A stretch of 64,000 bases of DNA, from assembly GCA_048938105.1 (NCBI GenBank), contig JBHLMN010000008.1, positions 96,001-160,000 on the forward strand, read 5' to 3'. The stretch comes from Promethearchaeota archaeon (GTDB taxonomy: Archaea; Asgardarchaeota; Heimdallarchaeia; Hodarchaeales; Hodarchaeaceae). Each line of letters opens with the position of its first letter. Position 1 is the stretch's first letter. Both the position numbers and the translations under genes were made by a program. The notes below the pieces were generated by a model that had not been told where the DNA came from, searched no databases, and saw nothing but the letters and a program-made list of their open reading frames with translations. This document shows, one piece after another, positions 1-11,100 of this stretch.

Positions 1-926
1 TGGACTTCATCTATTTTTTCATTATAAGCCTTCTGTAGTATCTCTGCTTTCAATAATGGAAAGATGTTTTTTCCATAAATCTCTGAAAGTTCTAATCGAG
101 GGAGAAGAATGTCATGCGCTGCTGAATTAAGATCAATTACTCGCCAATCTCGGTCTATGACAACAATACCATCGAGGATTTCCTCAAATACTCGTTGACG
201 TGCAATAGGGACTATATCAAGAAAACTAATCCCATATAAAGCATATGCGAACACAATGTAAGCAATAACGAATGAAGTCGGTGTTAGATCCAAATCTAAG
301 CTTGGGATAAGATAGAATATGCGAATGATATTACCAATAATAGGAACCGTTGTACCGAAGATCAAGATTTGGAGTTGCTTTTTGTAAAGTAGATTAGTTT
401 CAGAGGTGGATAAATATGTGTGAATCAATAGATAGTATCCAATAGCTAAGAGTATATATGAATAAATGACATTAGTATAAAACAAAGGACCATAAGCTAA
501 GTCCAAGCTGGAACCAAGATCTGAAATTTGAACTCCAACAGATAGATAAAAAAAGGAATGAAGAGTGTCGTTTGTCAATAAGAATATATAATGAACGAAA
601 GGAGGAAAGAAAAATAAGCCTATAAATGGTTTCGAAGTAATTTCATAACGTTGAGTAAAGATTAAGATAAATAAAAGAAGAAGAGGAGGTAGTGTAAGGA
701 TCCCCAAATATTGAAAGTAGTTCCAAAACATCATTGTATTCTCATCAGTGGCTGCTAGCTCCAAAAAGTATCCGACGCACCAACATGCCGTAGCGGCTAC
801 CATTAAAAGGAAATGTATAGCTACCCGAGATCTTGGACGGAAAAAAAAGGCGTACGAACCTAAAGAAATAGCTAAAAGTGATATCATTCCCATTATCAGT
901 GCATATACAGATAGCTCATATGCCAT
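1..926 (-). CDS. HisKA_7TM + PAS domain membrane sensor (histidine kinase-type), runs off the window edge
   Basis: Not in the ORF track. Manual translation from ATG at 926 gives MAYELSVYALIMGMISLLAISLG...CWCVGYFLELAA...FWNYFQYLGI...YGPLFY...DLTP...LDIVPIARQRVFEEILDGIVVIDRDWRVIDLNSAA: about 7 hydrophobic helices followed by a PAS start. The frame is open to position 1. Confidence 0.85.
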   Translation of the reverse strand, partial: MAYELSVYALIMGMISLLAISLGSYAFFFRPRSRVAIHFLLMVAATACWCVGYFLELAATDENTMMFWNYFQYLGILTLPPLLLLFILIFTQRYEITSKPFIGLFFFPPFVHYIFLLTNDTLHSFFYLSVGVQISDLGSSLDLAYGPLFYTNVIYSYILLAIGYYLLIHTYLSTSETNLLYKKQLQILIFGTTVPIIGNIIRIFYLIPSLDLDLTPTSFVIAYIVFAYALYGISFLDIVPIARQRVFEEILDGIVVIDRDWRVIDLNSAAHDILLPRLELSEIYGKNIFPLLKAEILQKAYNEKIDEV

Positions 927-1310
927 GTAATCAGCCTAGTTGGGTGTTTTCCTGATTTGAGAACTCTACAGGTTTCTAAATCAACTTTGTTCATTTTATA
1001 TACAATGAGAGTTGACGAAACATTAAGTTTTCCTTTACCATGAGATCAGAATTATTACCAATTAGATTTCTTTATGAAAAAACTTCTGTAGTGTTTTCTG
1101 ATTAATTAATAATTGATGTTTTTTATAAATCACTTTTTTTTCGCAATTTTCTTCTCATCTCATATAATAACTTAAGAATTTCTATTCAACTTAAAATTAA
1201 GTATGCAGAACTAGACTTCTTGATTCAATCCAATAAGAGAAGTAATATTAAATTTATGAAATCGAGTTAATCTAGAGAATCTAGTTATACTCGTATTCTT
1301 ATGAGTTGTT

Positions 1311-3647
1311 TCATTGATGTTCTTGAATTGCTTTTAAAACTCTATCAGGGGTATAAGGAGGTTCAGTTAAACGAATACCAATAGCATCATAAATTGCATT
1401 TGAAAGACATGGCATTGGTCCACTGATATTCGGTTCAGCAATTGATTTCGCACCAAATGGTCCTGTTGGCTCGTAAGTTTTAACAATAATGGTTTTTATT
1501 TCTGGTAGATCAATTGTTGTCATTACTTTATAATTCCCAAATGAGGGGTTCAACATCCTTCCCTGGGCGTTAAAATAATAACGTTCACTTAATGCATATC
1601 CTAATCCGTTTACTAATGCGCCTTCAGTTTGGCCAATGACCAATTTAGGGTTTATGGGAGTACCACAGTCTACTGCTGCTACATATCTCAGGACTCTTAC
1701 TCTTCCAGTCTCGATGTTTACCTCTACCTCTGCAAAATGAGCACAAAATGGGGGAGGCGATTTTCGTGCCAGTTCTGATGCAACCGCACCAATCTGTTGT
1801 TGATTTTCTGTGTAGAGAGCTTTTGTGCCTATCTCAGTAAAACTCAAAGATTTTTTAGTCTTGGGATGAAATACAGCCTTATTCTTGAGTTCGAGTTCAT
1901 TGATAGGTAAATTCAATAGGACTGCAGCATACTCAAGAACTTGTTTCTTTATTTTTTCAGCTAAATTCTTAACTGCCATCCCAGAGAGGTAGGTTGTAGA
2001 TGATGCATAAGCTCCCTTATCAAATGGAGTAATGTCTGTATCTGAAGAAAGGACAACAATATCAGATTCGATGTCAAGGTTTAAGACTTCTGCGAAAATC
2101 TGAGCTAAAACAGTATCACTCCCAGTTCCGATATCTGTTGCCCCAACCATAAGGTTGAAAGAGCCGTCATCATTCATTTTTGCATAAGCGCTTGCCATGT
2201 CTATATATGGTATTGCAGAGCCTTGCATGAGACATACTAACCCAAATCCTCTCTTTCTCGTTTCAGTATTGTATTTTTTCTTGTGTTCCTCCCGATTCCA
2301 CCATCCAATTGCATCAGCTCCAAGTTTAATACATTCTGAAAGCCCAACCGACTCTAGTGTTTGTTCATGTCCTTCGCCCCCTTCGCCAAGTGCTCTGAAG
2401 ATGGGGGAGGTCTCACCAGGTTTGATATGATTTAATAATCTAAATTCTGCTGGATCCATTCCGATTTTTCTTGCCAGTTCATCCATCACAATTTCCATTG
2501 CCAGTGCAGCTTGCGTACCACCATATCCCCTGTATGCACCTGCTATAGGAAGATTTGTGTAAACAGTGTCACCAACAATACGGATATTGTCACAGTGGTA
2601 CAATGGTAAGGTTTTACTTCCTGTATTACTTAATACTGTTAATCCATGAGTTCCATATGCCCCAGTATTGCTAAGCACTTTCATATCAATAGCAGTAATT
2701 GTTCCATCTTCCTTGACACCAGCTTTGAATCTCGTAGTCATTGGGTGACGAGTTCGTGCGGAAATAAACTCCTCCTTTCTTGTGTACTCCAATTTTACAG
2801 GTCTTTTTAGTTGAAGTGTAAAAGAAGCAGCAATTATCTCTGTAACAATTTCTTGTTTTACACCAAAACCCCCACCGATCCGTGGCTTTATTACTCTGAC
2901 TCTAGCTATTGGAAGATTCAAAACCTGTGCTAGTATTCTTCTTGCATGGTACGGAACCTGAGTAGCAGATCGTACAACTAATCGGTCATGTTCATCTAAA
3001 TAAGTAATTGAAATATGAGGTTCTAAAGGACAATGTTGACCATAATGATTCCGAACTGTACAATCTACAATATAATCAGCTTCAGCGAATCCTTGGTTAA
3101 TATCCCCTACTTCTGCATCTATATGAGCTACGTGATTGTTGGCTGGATCATAAAAAACAGGTATAAGGTATTTTGCATCTCTTTCATCATGGATCACTAT
3201 TTGGTTGCCTAAGGCTTGATCCCAATCGAATAGAGGTTCTAATATTTTATATTTTACCCGAATGAGTTTTATTGCTTCTTCAGCGATCTCTATTGATTCT
3301 GCTGCAACCGCTGCTACTCGATCTCCTACATACTTCACTTTCTTATTGAATAAACGAGTATCATATGGACTTGGTTCGGGGTAACCCTGACCTGCTGTTG
3401 TGTGAAGGACTTGAGAACAATTTTTGTGGGTGAGGATTCCTAATACTCCTGGGTGTTTTTCTGCTTCACTTGTGTCAATATCAGTGATTATGGCATGAGC
3501 ATGGGGACTACTTAGAAGTTTTACATGAACTAGGTCCTTGAAATCAATGTCATCCGTGAATAATGGTTTACCCATAGCCAAACTTAAAGCATCAACTTTA
3601 GGAACACTTTTACCAACTACTCTGCCTTCAAAAACCTTTGATTTTAT
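1311..3647 (-). CDS. Xanthine dehydrogenase-family molybdopterin-binding (large) subunit
   Basis: Motifs SPHAHA, GGGFGVKQ, AYRGYG, GTGSDT, DCGTPINP and GPFGAKSIAEP. The frame extends 22 codons upstream of the ORF-track TTG (3581) through the conserved VVGKSVPKVDA to ATA at 3647. Confidence 0.93.
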   Translation of the reverse strand: MKSKVFEGRVVGKSVPKVDALSLAMGKPLFTDDIDFKDLVHVKLLSSPHAHAIITDIDTSEAEKHPGVLGILTHKNCSQVLHTTAGQGYPEPSPYDTRLFNKKVKYVGDRVAAVAAESIEIAEEAIKLIRVKYKILEPLFDWDQALGNQIVIHDERDAKYLIPVFYDPANNHVAHIDAEVGDINQGFAEADYIVDCTVRNHYGQHCPLEPHISITYLDEHDRLVVRSATQVPYHARRILAQVLNLPIARVRVIKPRIGGGFGVKQEIVTEIIAASFTLQLKRPVKLEYTRKEEFISARTRHPMTTRFKAGVKEDGTITAIDMKVLSNTGAYGTHGLTVLSNTGSKTLPLYHCDNIRIVGDTVYTNLPIAGAYRGYGGTQAALAMEIVMDELARKIGMDPAEFRLLNHIKPGETSPIFRALGEGGEGHEQTLESVGLSECIKLGADAIGWWNREEHKKKYNTETRKRGFGLVCLMQGSAIPYIDMASAYAKMNDDGSFNLMVGATDIGTGSDTVLAQIFAEVLNLDIESDIVVLSSDTDITPFDKGAYASSTTYLSGMAVKNLAEKIKKQVLEYAAVLLNLPINELELKNKAVFHPKTKKSLSFTEIGTKALYTENQQQIGAVASELARKSPPPFCAHFAEVEVNIETGRVRVLRYVAAVDCGTPINPKLVIGQTEGALVNGLGYALSERYYFNAQGRMLNPSFGNYKVMTTIDLPEIKTIIVKTYEPTGPFGAKSIAEPNISGPMPCLSNAIYDAIGIRLTEPPYTPDRVLKAIQEHQ

Positions 3648-4114
3648 TGTTTTTCACCTCTCATCATTGCCGCAGCGTTAAGAACTGCTTTAAGCTGGCC
3701 AGAATAGCCAGTACATCGACAAAGATTTCCATCTAAAGCACGTTTTACATCATCTTTGGTCGGTGAAGGATTTCTATCCAAAAGTGCTTTAGCACTAATA
3801 ATTATCCCAGGGATACAAAATCCGCATTGCACTGCTCCTTCATCAACAAAAGCCTGTTGAAGAGGATGGGGATTTTCACGAGTACCAATTCCTTCAATCG
3901 TAGTTATTGAACCTTCATGAGCTTGAGCAGCGAACATTATACATGATTTAACTGCCCTTCCGTTCAGAATAATCGTACAAGACCCACATTCTCCTTCCAT
4001 GCATCCTCTTTTCACCCCTTTATACCCCTCCTTTCTTAAAACATCGATTAGGAGTTCATTGGGTTCAATTGTTAATATTTTTCTCTTCCCATTAATTATT
4101 ACATTAATTTCCAT
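3644..4114 (-). CDS. Xanthine dehydrogenase-family (2Fe-2S) small subunit
   Basis: GCxxGxCGSC..SC and QCGFC..GNLCRCTGY motifs. Confidence 0.95.
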   Translation of the reverse strand: MEINVIINGKRKILTIEPNELLIDVLRKEGYKGVKRGCMEGECGSCTIILNGRAVKSCIMFAAQAHEGSITTIEGIGTRENPHPLQQAFVDEGAVQCGFCIPGIIISAKALLDRNPSPTKDDVKRALDGNLCRCTGYSGQLKAVLNAAAMMRGEKQ

Positions 4115-4123
4115 TTTCTTTTC

Positions 4124-4942
4124 TCAACCTCCTTTCAGCTCATTCAACATTCGCCGAAATAACAATCCTAAAAGATGTTCTCGATAGGATTTTGAAGACC
4201 TATAATCAGCCACTATATTTATTGATTGCCTTAATGTTGTTACGGCTGTATCTATATCTAAATTAGATAATGATTTTCCCTTAAGAAATTCTTCCACCTG
4301 AATCACCCGTTGAGCTTTCGTTATACGAGATACTGCAAGACGAGGATCAACTATTATTCCATTCTCTTTTTTTGCTGCAAAAGCCATTGTAAGCCATGAA
4401 TAATCTACTGTAGTTAATGAAAACTTCTCATAACGACAAAAATAATTGTCTCTGAAAGGGAAAACAACTTCTGTTATGATCTCTCCTTTATGCAATTTGT
4501 CACCTTTGAAATAATCCTTCGCGGAAACCTTTCTAATTCCTCCCAGATTTCTTATTACTATTTCTGAGTCGAGAACGAGTAAAACGACTGGTAAACCCAC
4601 CCAAGGATAAGTTCCTGCAATATTGCCCCCAAGAGTGATAACATTACGGAGAGGAGTGTCACCAATGAGTTGACACGCTTCTGTTAATATTCCATTACCG
4701 ATTTTCCTTATGATAGGTGATTCGATTATTTCCGTGATCGTTGTTGTACTTCCTACCCGTGCAAATTTTTGGTCTTTCTTGATATAATTCAATCCTAATC
4801 GTGTAATATCAACAAAATTCGATATGGTTCGATTTTTTGATGTAGCTAGATGAGTTCCACCAGCAATAATTGCTGTAGATTCTTTTGTAAGTAAATTAAG
4901 TGCTTCTTCAAGGCTAGTAGGGTAAGAAAATTCTTGGGTCAT
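4124..4942 (-). CDS. Xanthine dehydrogenase-family FAD-binding (medium) subunit
   Basis: PTSLEEA, AGGT, RNVITLGGN and DYRSSKSYR motifs; lies in the operon with the large and small subunits. Confidence 0.92.
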   Translation of the reverse strand: MTQEFSYPTSLEEALNLLTKESTAIIAGGTHLATSKNRTISNFVDITRLGLNYIKKDQKFARVGSTTTITEIIESPIIRKIGNGILTEACQLIGDTPLRNVITLGGNIAGTYPWVGLPVVLLVLDSEIVIRNLGGIRKVSAKDYFKGDKLHKGEIITEVVFPFRDNYFCRYEKFSLTTVDYSWLTMAFAAKKENGIIVDPRLAVSRITKAQRVIQVEEFLKGKSLSNLDIDTAVTTLRQSINIVADYRSSKSYREHLLGLLFRRMLNELKGG

Positions 4943-5195
4943 ATCCTAAAAAACCTCCGCCGAGCGGAAAGGTAATCCATAGATGATCGCCATCTTTGAG
5001 TTCATAATCCATTGACATTCTTGTACCATTCACAATTGGAATTAAATGATTTAATTCTTTTTCAAGGAAACCGCTATCTATTAACAATTTTCCAACCAAT
5101 AATCCATCATTAAGCTCTGTGAGTTTCATTTTTCTTTTTTTACTTGGAAAAGGATTTCGAACTGCTGACATCAGTTCTATGGTTATTGAGATCAT
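4914..5195 (-). CDS. MoaD/ThiS ubiquitin-like sulfur carrier with a C-terminal extension
   Basis: IVNG..LKDGDHLWITFPLGGG beta-grasp signature, followed by 12 extra residues. Confidence 0.8.
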   Translation of the reverse strand: MISITIELMSAVRNPFPSKKRKMKLTELNDGLLVGKLLIDSGFLEKELNHLIPIVNGTRMSMDYELKDGDHLWITFPLGGGFLGYDPRIFLPY

Positions 5196-5380
5196 AGTAC
5201 ATCGGTTTAACAGTAATTCAATTAGAGGATAGTTTAGCTAAAAGAATTTGTAGCAATTTCCTTGCATCTTTATCACTCTGCCAAATGATCTATATAAGTA
5301 TAGTTTGCAAAAGAAAATCAGTAAAAAATCTAAAAAAGGAAAGAAATTATATTCTTTTACTTTCTGTTATTTTTTAACTC

Positions 5381-5986
5381 TTAATAATCATCCATTTTAG
5401 CTTTAAAATAAGTCATATCAGAAACATTATCAATATCGTATAGTATTCCTTGAAAGTTTGTTGGAAGGAATACAATTTTCTCTCTAAACTTTTCGATGAT
5501 TTCCTTCAAACCTCTTTTTTCTTCTGAAATATTTAAGACATGCTTAAAGAGCTGAGATCCAATTAAAATAGGATGACCCTTTTGTCTTTGGTAAGTAGGG
5601 ATGATCACAACAGGTGACATGGAGAGATAGTAATCGATCAGTTGGTCAAAGACCGTTGAGGGGATAAAGGGGATGTCTGCTGGTGTAATCATAATTGCCT
5701 GACTATCCAGCGCTTCTTCCATCCCTTGACGGATAGAGGAAGACATACCTCCCCTCTCATAATTAGGATTAAGGACGGTAATTATGTCATTGCATAAACC
5801 TTGGACTTTTTTATTGACTAATTCCGCATCATGTCCGAGAACCACTACTATTCGATCGACTTTAGAGGCTAGTATTGAACTCAGAAGCATTTCTATCATA
5901 GTGATATTTGGTTTGACCTCAAACAATAATTTGTTTCCATTAAATCGCTTCGACTCACCAGCAGCTAGTACAATACAGGTAATCAT
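5381..5986 (-). CDS. mocA: Molybdenum cofactor cytidylyltransferase (MocA-like nucleotidyltransferase)
   Basis: LAAGESKRF.NKLL, NPNY..GMSSSI, DIPF, GHP and DID motifs; next to an XDH-family operon. Confidence 0.85.
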   Translation of the reverse strand: MITCIVLAAGESKRFNGNKLLFEVKPNITMIEMLLSSILASKVDRIVVVLGHDAELVNKKVQGLCNDIITVLNPNYERGGMSSSIRQGMEEALDSQAIMITPADIPFIPSTVFDQLIDYYLSMSPVVIIPTYQRQKGHPILIGSQLFKHVLNISEEKRGLKEIIEKFREKIVFLPTNFQGILYDIDNVSDMTYFKAKMDDY

Positions 5987-6079
5987 GAATGTGAATTCTC
6001 CAGAAATTCAAGTTCTTGAAAATATTCTTGTTTTCAACTGAATTAATATTTTTAAAGATATTTTTTTCTATTAGGATTA

Positions 6080-6784
6080 ATGATAGAAATTGGATATTTA
6101 CTAATTTTTTGGATAGTTGCATGCATCTTCATCATTTTTAAGAGCATTAAAATCGAAGAGATTCGAGTTGAAAGCGAAATAATTCATAAATTGATTAATT
6201 TTAGCAGCCCTTTCATCAAAGGAGTGCCTGCGATTCTTGCAGCTCTATTTGTTTTAATTATGAGGTCAAGTGACTCTCTTTTCTTTTTTGTCTTAATTGG
6301 GGCATTTCTCTTCTGTTTTGCAGGAGATTTAGGAATGGAAAAGGGGATTTTAGTAGGACTTCCCCTCTTCTTAATCGCTCAGCTCCTTTTTAGTATTGCT
6401 TTTCTTGGCCAAGCGTTTTCAATTGGTATATCATTCGAAACTTTAATACCAACAGCTGTTGTAATCGGTGTTGTAGTCGGATATATGTTCATGTTTCTTC
6501 GTTATCTTGATTCATCTGAGACTGGACTTGGAGAGTTTAAAATTCCTGTCATCATGTATTGCCTAGTCATTAGTACAATGCTTATCTCTTCATTCCTCCT
6601 CTGGATTACTTTAGGAATCTTGGAAGTCATTGTGATGATTTTAGGAGCAATAATCTTCGTTATTTCTGATTCAATTATTGGTATTCACGAGTTTCATCAT
6701 AAAATTTCAAGAAACGTTTTGAAGGTTATGGGGACTTATTATATGGCCATTTTCCTCCTCTCATTAGGTGTTCTATTAATATAA
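6080..6784 (+). CDS. YhhN/TMEM86 lysoplasmalogenase-family membrane protein
   Basis: Multi-TM protein with K.VP, F.F.GD, PV..Y, GA..FVISD and VM.TYY.A motifs. Confidence 0.8.
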   Translation: MIEIGYLLIFWIVACIFIIFKSIKIEEIRVESEIIHKLINFSSPFIKGVPAILAALFVLIMRSSDSLFFFVLIGAFLFCFAGDLGMEKGILVGLPLFLIAQLLFSIAFLGQAFSIGISFETLIPTAVVIGVVVGYMFMFLRYLDSSETGLGEFKIPVIMYCLVISTMLISSFLLWITLGILEVIVMILGAIIFVISDSIIGIHEFHHKISRNVLKVMGTYYMAIFLLSLGVLLI

Positions 6785-6804
6785 CTAATGACCAGGCTTA
6801 TTGG

Positions 6805-7971
6805 TCATTCACCTTTCGATCCAAAAGCAATTGTGAGGACCTCAGTGATGTTCTCCCATTCTTGATCTATTTTTTCCCATGTACGGTAGTCTTGGAACAA
6901 TCTTTTTCGAAAAGGAAGGATCATTTGAGCCATTAAAGAAAGCTTTTCTTGAGTAGGATGCTCTAGGATTTTTCTTTCAACGTTCTTAAGTGATTCTTTC
7001 TCCCAATTTGGATATATTTCTCCAAGCTGTTCACCTAAGAATAAACCTAGCTCTAATCCCGTTAGAATTCCAGAGCCTCCCGAAGGAGTAACCTGTCCTG
7101 CAGCTTCCCCAATAATAAAACAATTGTTTGAATAGACTTTAGACACTGGCCCTCCCATAGGTATTGTTGTCTGGATTGTTTCATAGAATCTCGAAGTTTG
7201 GATTTTTTCTTTGATTATAGGACTGTGTAATACTTCTTCCCAAATTTCCCAATAACTTGGTAGTGGATCTGTGGAGACTTCTGGAAAAATAATAAACCCA
7301 AATTCAGCATTTTGGTGTCCATGAGGAAAAATAAAACTTGTACCTGCTACATTCAAATTAGTATCTGAGAAAAAGAGAAATTCCATATCATTCTCATTAT
7401 AATCACCGAAAAAATGCCCTCTAATAATTGGACAAAGAGGACCTGGTTGAGGTAATTGCTGACCTTGTGCTGTTAAGCTGTTCGCTCCTTCTGCTCCAAC
7501 CACTACTCGTGAAGTTAAAATTTTAGATGTGTTTTTTACCACATTTTTAGTAAATACTTGTAATCGCTCATCAGGTAATAGAACAAGATTGGTTGCTCTG
7601 GTGTTTACTCGAAGAAATACATCTTCCATTACAGATTGTTTGGCAAGCTCGGTTTGAAAAAGACGGAAGTCAATCCACACTCTGTCAATATTGTCTTCAA
7701 GATGGAATGCTTTTTTCCCCGAAGGAGAGTAATAATTTCTACCAAACGACTTAATCTCATTAACAAAAGCCTTAGTAGGGAGGTCTTTCGGGAAAATCTT
7801 TGTTAATAATTTCGGACGATAGTGAATGGATTGCCCTTTTATTTGATTCCCGATCGCTGGCTGTTGATCTAAAACTAATACTTTTTCCACACCCCTTCGT
7901 TTAGCTCCTAATGCTGTTGCTAGACCAGCAGGTCCAGCTCCAATTATGATTAAATCAAATTCATTTTTCAT
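6805..7971 (-). CDS. Geranylgeranyl reductase-like FAD-dependent oxidoreductase
   Basis: GAGPAG Rossmann motif, VVGAEGANS, FIFP, IPMGG and GEAAGQVTPSGGSGI. Confidence 0.78.
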   Translation of the reverse strand: MKNEFDLIIIGAGPAGLATALGAKRRGVEKVLVLDQQPAIGNQIKGQSIHYRPKLLTKIFPKDLPTKAFVNEIKSFGRNYYSPSGKKAFHLEDNIDRVWIDFRLFQTELAKQSVMEDVFLRVNTRATNLVLLPDERLQVFTKNVVKNTSKILTSRVVVGAEGANSLTAQGQQLPQPGPLCPIIRGHFFGDYNENDMEFLFFSDTNLNVAGTSFIFPHGHQNAEFGFIIFPEVSTDPLPSYWEIWEEVLHSPIIKEKIQTSRFYETIQTTIPMGGPVSKVYSNNCFIIGEAAGQVTPSGGSGILTGLELGLFLGEQLGEIYPNWEKESLKNVERKILEHPTQEKLSLMAQMILPFRKRLFQDYRTWEKIDQEWENITEVLTIAFGSKGE

Positions 7972-7989
7972 TTATATTCACTCATGAGT

Positions 7990-8079
7990 TTAAGCTCTTC
8001 AAAGGATTTCCACTGGTCTCTTACTTACCACTATTCGTGCAGGAATAACAGCTCCAAGCACACTAACAATAAGTATTGT
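7990..8079 (-). pseudogene. Remnant of an FtsX-like ABC permease C-terminus
   Basis: Translates as TILIVSVLGAVIPARIVVSKRPVEIL*RA*, matching the typical FtsX end. Compare SLYPIWRGARLDPAEALRFEV at the end of the 61296..61904 permease. Confidence 0.55.
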
Positions 8080-8147
8080 TTTATACAAGTAAGTTTAAAG
8101 AATTTTCTTGTCTGTTGTGTAAATACTTTTATTAATTCATTGATTTT

Positions 8148-11100
8148 TTGAAGTACAAAACATTATTTAAACAAGTAATAAATATTAACCTCGTTATAGA
8201 ATCTTTCGCTGCAGGAATGATATTTATGGTAACTACTGACATAGAAATGAAACCCGCCGCTCTTAGTGGTCATTCAATCAAGTTAGATGAACTTGTTTCA
8301 AAATTAGATTCCAATCTTGAAAATGGGATTTCTCAAGAGTACGCTACAAAAAGACTTGAGGAAGTCGGTTTTAATGTTATTCCCAAACCTAAGCAGAGTT
8401 TTTGGCAAGTATACTTAGCTCCGTTGTTAAACACATTAATTGTTATCTATTTGATAATGACTGCTTTTATTCTTCTCTTGGCGCTCATTTATCTATTCAT
8501 TAATCCTGATGATACAAGTATATGGATCACTGCAGCCCAATGGATAGTGATTGTCGGTGTGAACTTCCTTATTGCTATTATTCAACAAGCAAGAGCTCAG
8601 AAAAAGATCGAAGCTCTTCATAAAATGGCTGCACCAGAAGCTCGTGTAATCAGGGATGGAAAAGAACACGAGATCCCAACTGAGGAAGTTGTACCAGGAG
8701 ACATTATCAAAATCGCCCAGGGTGATAAAATACCTGCAGATTCTCGTATCATAAAGTCAAGTTCTCTCCGTGTAAATGAATCGTCTTTAACTGGGGAAAG
8801 TGTTCCTGTAACAAAAGTGGAGTCGGGAGAACCTGTGTTTGCTGAAGATACACCTATTGGTGATCGAAAAAATATGCTATTTAACGGAACATTTGCAACA
8901 ATGGGTTCAGGCTTAGCATTAGTTGTTAATACGGGGGGAAATACAGAATTTGGAAAAATAAGTCTTGAATTAGAGCAATTAAACACAGGAGACATTCCAA
9001 TCCGTCAGAAAGTGAATGTCATTGGGAATTATTTAGCATTTGGTATGTTGGTTGTTTTTAGTATGCTAATTATTTATCAGGGAGCTGTGATTCTTGACAA
9101 ATTGAAATATGGAGAACTCAGCTTTGCCGAACCAGTTCTATTGATTGGTGAGATTATTTTCTCCCTTAGCAACATTATCATCAAAGCCATGAGCGTTGTC
9201 CCCATCAATATCCCTCTATTAACTACAATTATTTTGATTACTGGCGTTCTAGCTATGGCTAAACATCGGGTAATCATTCGAAATCTGGCTTCAATAGAAA
9301 GTTTAGGGAGAATTAGTGTTCTCTGTTCTGATAAGACAGGAACAATCACCGCTGGTCAGATGACTGTGAAACGGATTTGGGATGCTACCACAGGTAAGCA
9401 CTATTATGTCACTGGTTTAGGGTATTCTCCAGAAGGTAAGATAGTTGAATTAAAAGAAGATGATGATAAAATAGTTGAAAAAGATGCTAAAACTTATACT
9501 GAGTATACTGTTGAACTAGACTCGTCTTTAGGTATGTTGATAACATCTGGTATGTTAAATAACGATTCCGAAATCATAAAAGAATTTATTGAAGCAACAG
9601 GCCAATATGTGTATGATGGAACTGGAAGTCCAACCGAATCGGCCCTCTTAGCATTATTTAATAAAACAGGGATGGAAAAAAATAAGATAGAAGAAGAATT
9701 TGAGCTTTTAAGAGAGTATCCTTTTGACTCATCTTTAAAACGGATGAGTAAAGTCTTTAAAACCAAGAACGAGATCTTTGTGTTTTGTAAGGGAGCTACT
9801 GAAGTCCTTTTACCAAAATGCTCTTACATTGGATTTGGAAAGAATCGAGAAAAAATAACAAAAGAGCATAAGGATAAAATTATGGATTATATGGAAAAAT
9901 TTGCTGGCCAAGGTTATAGAATATTATCTTTTGCATATAGAAACATAGATAAACTTCCAATGAAGGGAGATGAGGAACGAGATGAAGTAGAAATCGATCT
10001 TTCATACCTCGGTTTTGTTACAGTACTAGATCCTCCTCGTGAACGTGTTGATGAATCAGTAAATGAAACATTGCAAGCTGGAATCATTCCAATTATGATC
10101 ACAGGCGATTCACCTCTGACTGCCTCCTCTATTGCTAATAATATTGGTATGGTATACTTGGAAGAACACCAAACACATGAGGGGAAAATGGCATCCCAAC
10201 TAGCGGATAGAGATTTCACAAACACACGGGTTTTTGCACGTGTGGCACCTCAAGACAAACAGATCATTGTTGCACGGTATCAACAGCAGCAGCGAGTTGT
10301 TGCTATGACAGGTGATGGAGTCAACGATGCACTCGCCCTTAGTATGGCAGATGCGGGGATAGCTATGGGAATTGCTGGTACAGAAGTAAGTAAGCAAGCA
10401 GCAGATCTTGTTATTGCTGATGACTCTTTTAACTCCATTGTAACAGGAATTAGAGAGGGACGTGCTCTCTTTCAAAGGATTCGTGTTATTATCTTTTTCT
10501 ACATATGTGCTAATTTAGCTGAAGCTGGTTGCTATATCGGTGCCTCCTTCATTTCAGGATTCATTCCAGGTTTTGAATTAATGGATCATCTCCAACGAGC
10601 CTATATTTTTGGTATTGCACACTCTTTTCCTCCTCTAGCATTGATCATTGATGGTATTCCCAAGGATATCATGGATAGAAAACCAATTGATACTGCTGGA
10701 ATATTTAACAAGAGATTAGCTTTAACATTATTATTAACTTCGATCAGTCTGGCTACCGTTATTTATATCGTTTACTTCATTACTTATTTTGCTTTCATCC
10801 CCGTGAATGAAGTTTTTGTTGAGGGATTTTACAGACCTATTTTCCAGACTGAGGTTGAAACCTACCCTGATGTCCCGAATTTAAGACCACAAAATTGGAA
10901 TCATGCTAAAGCACGGACATACATGCATACAATACTTTATATCGCTATTCCTCTAATTATTCTCTCAATTCGTAGAATTGACAAATCTCTCATACGAGCA
11001 ATCAAAGAAGACTCTTATTGGTATACATATGTTCTGGCGTTCTCAATCTTACCTTTACATCTAATCTTAATGTACATCAAGGAAATCCAGGAATTAATTG

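Noticed and set aside
748-930. 60-aa + strand ORF
   Set aside because: It is antisense to the 7TM sensor gene, which the ORF track missed because that gene runs off the window.
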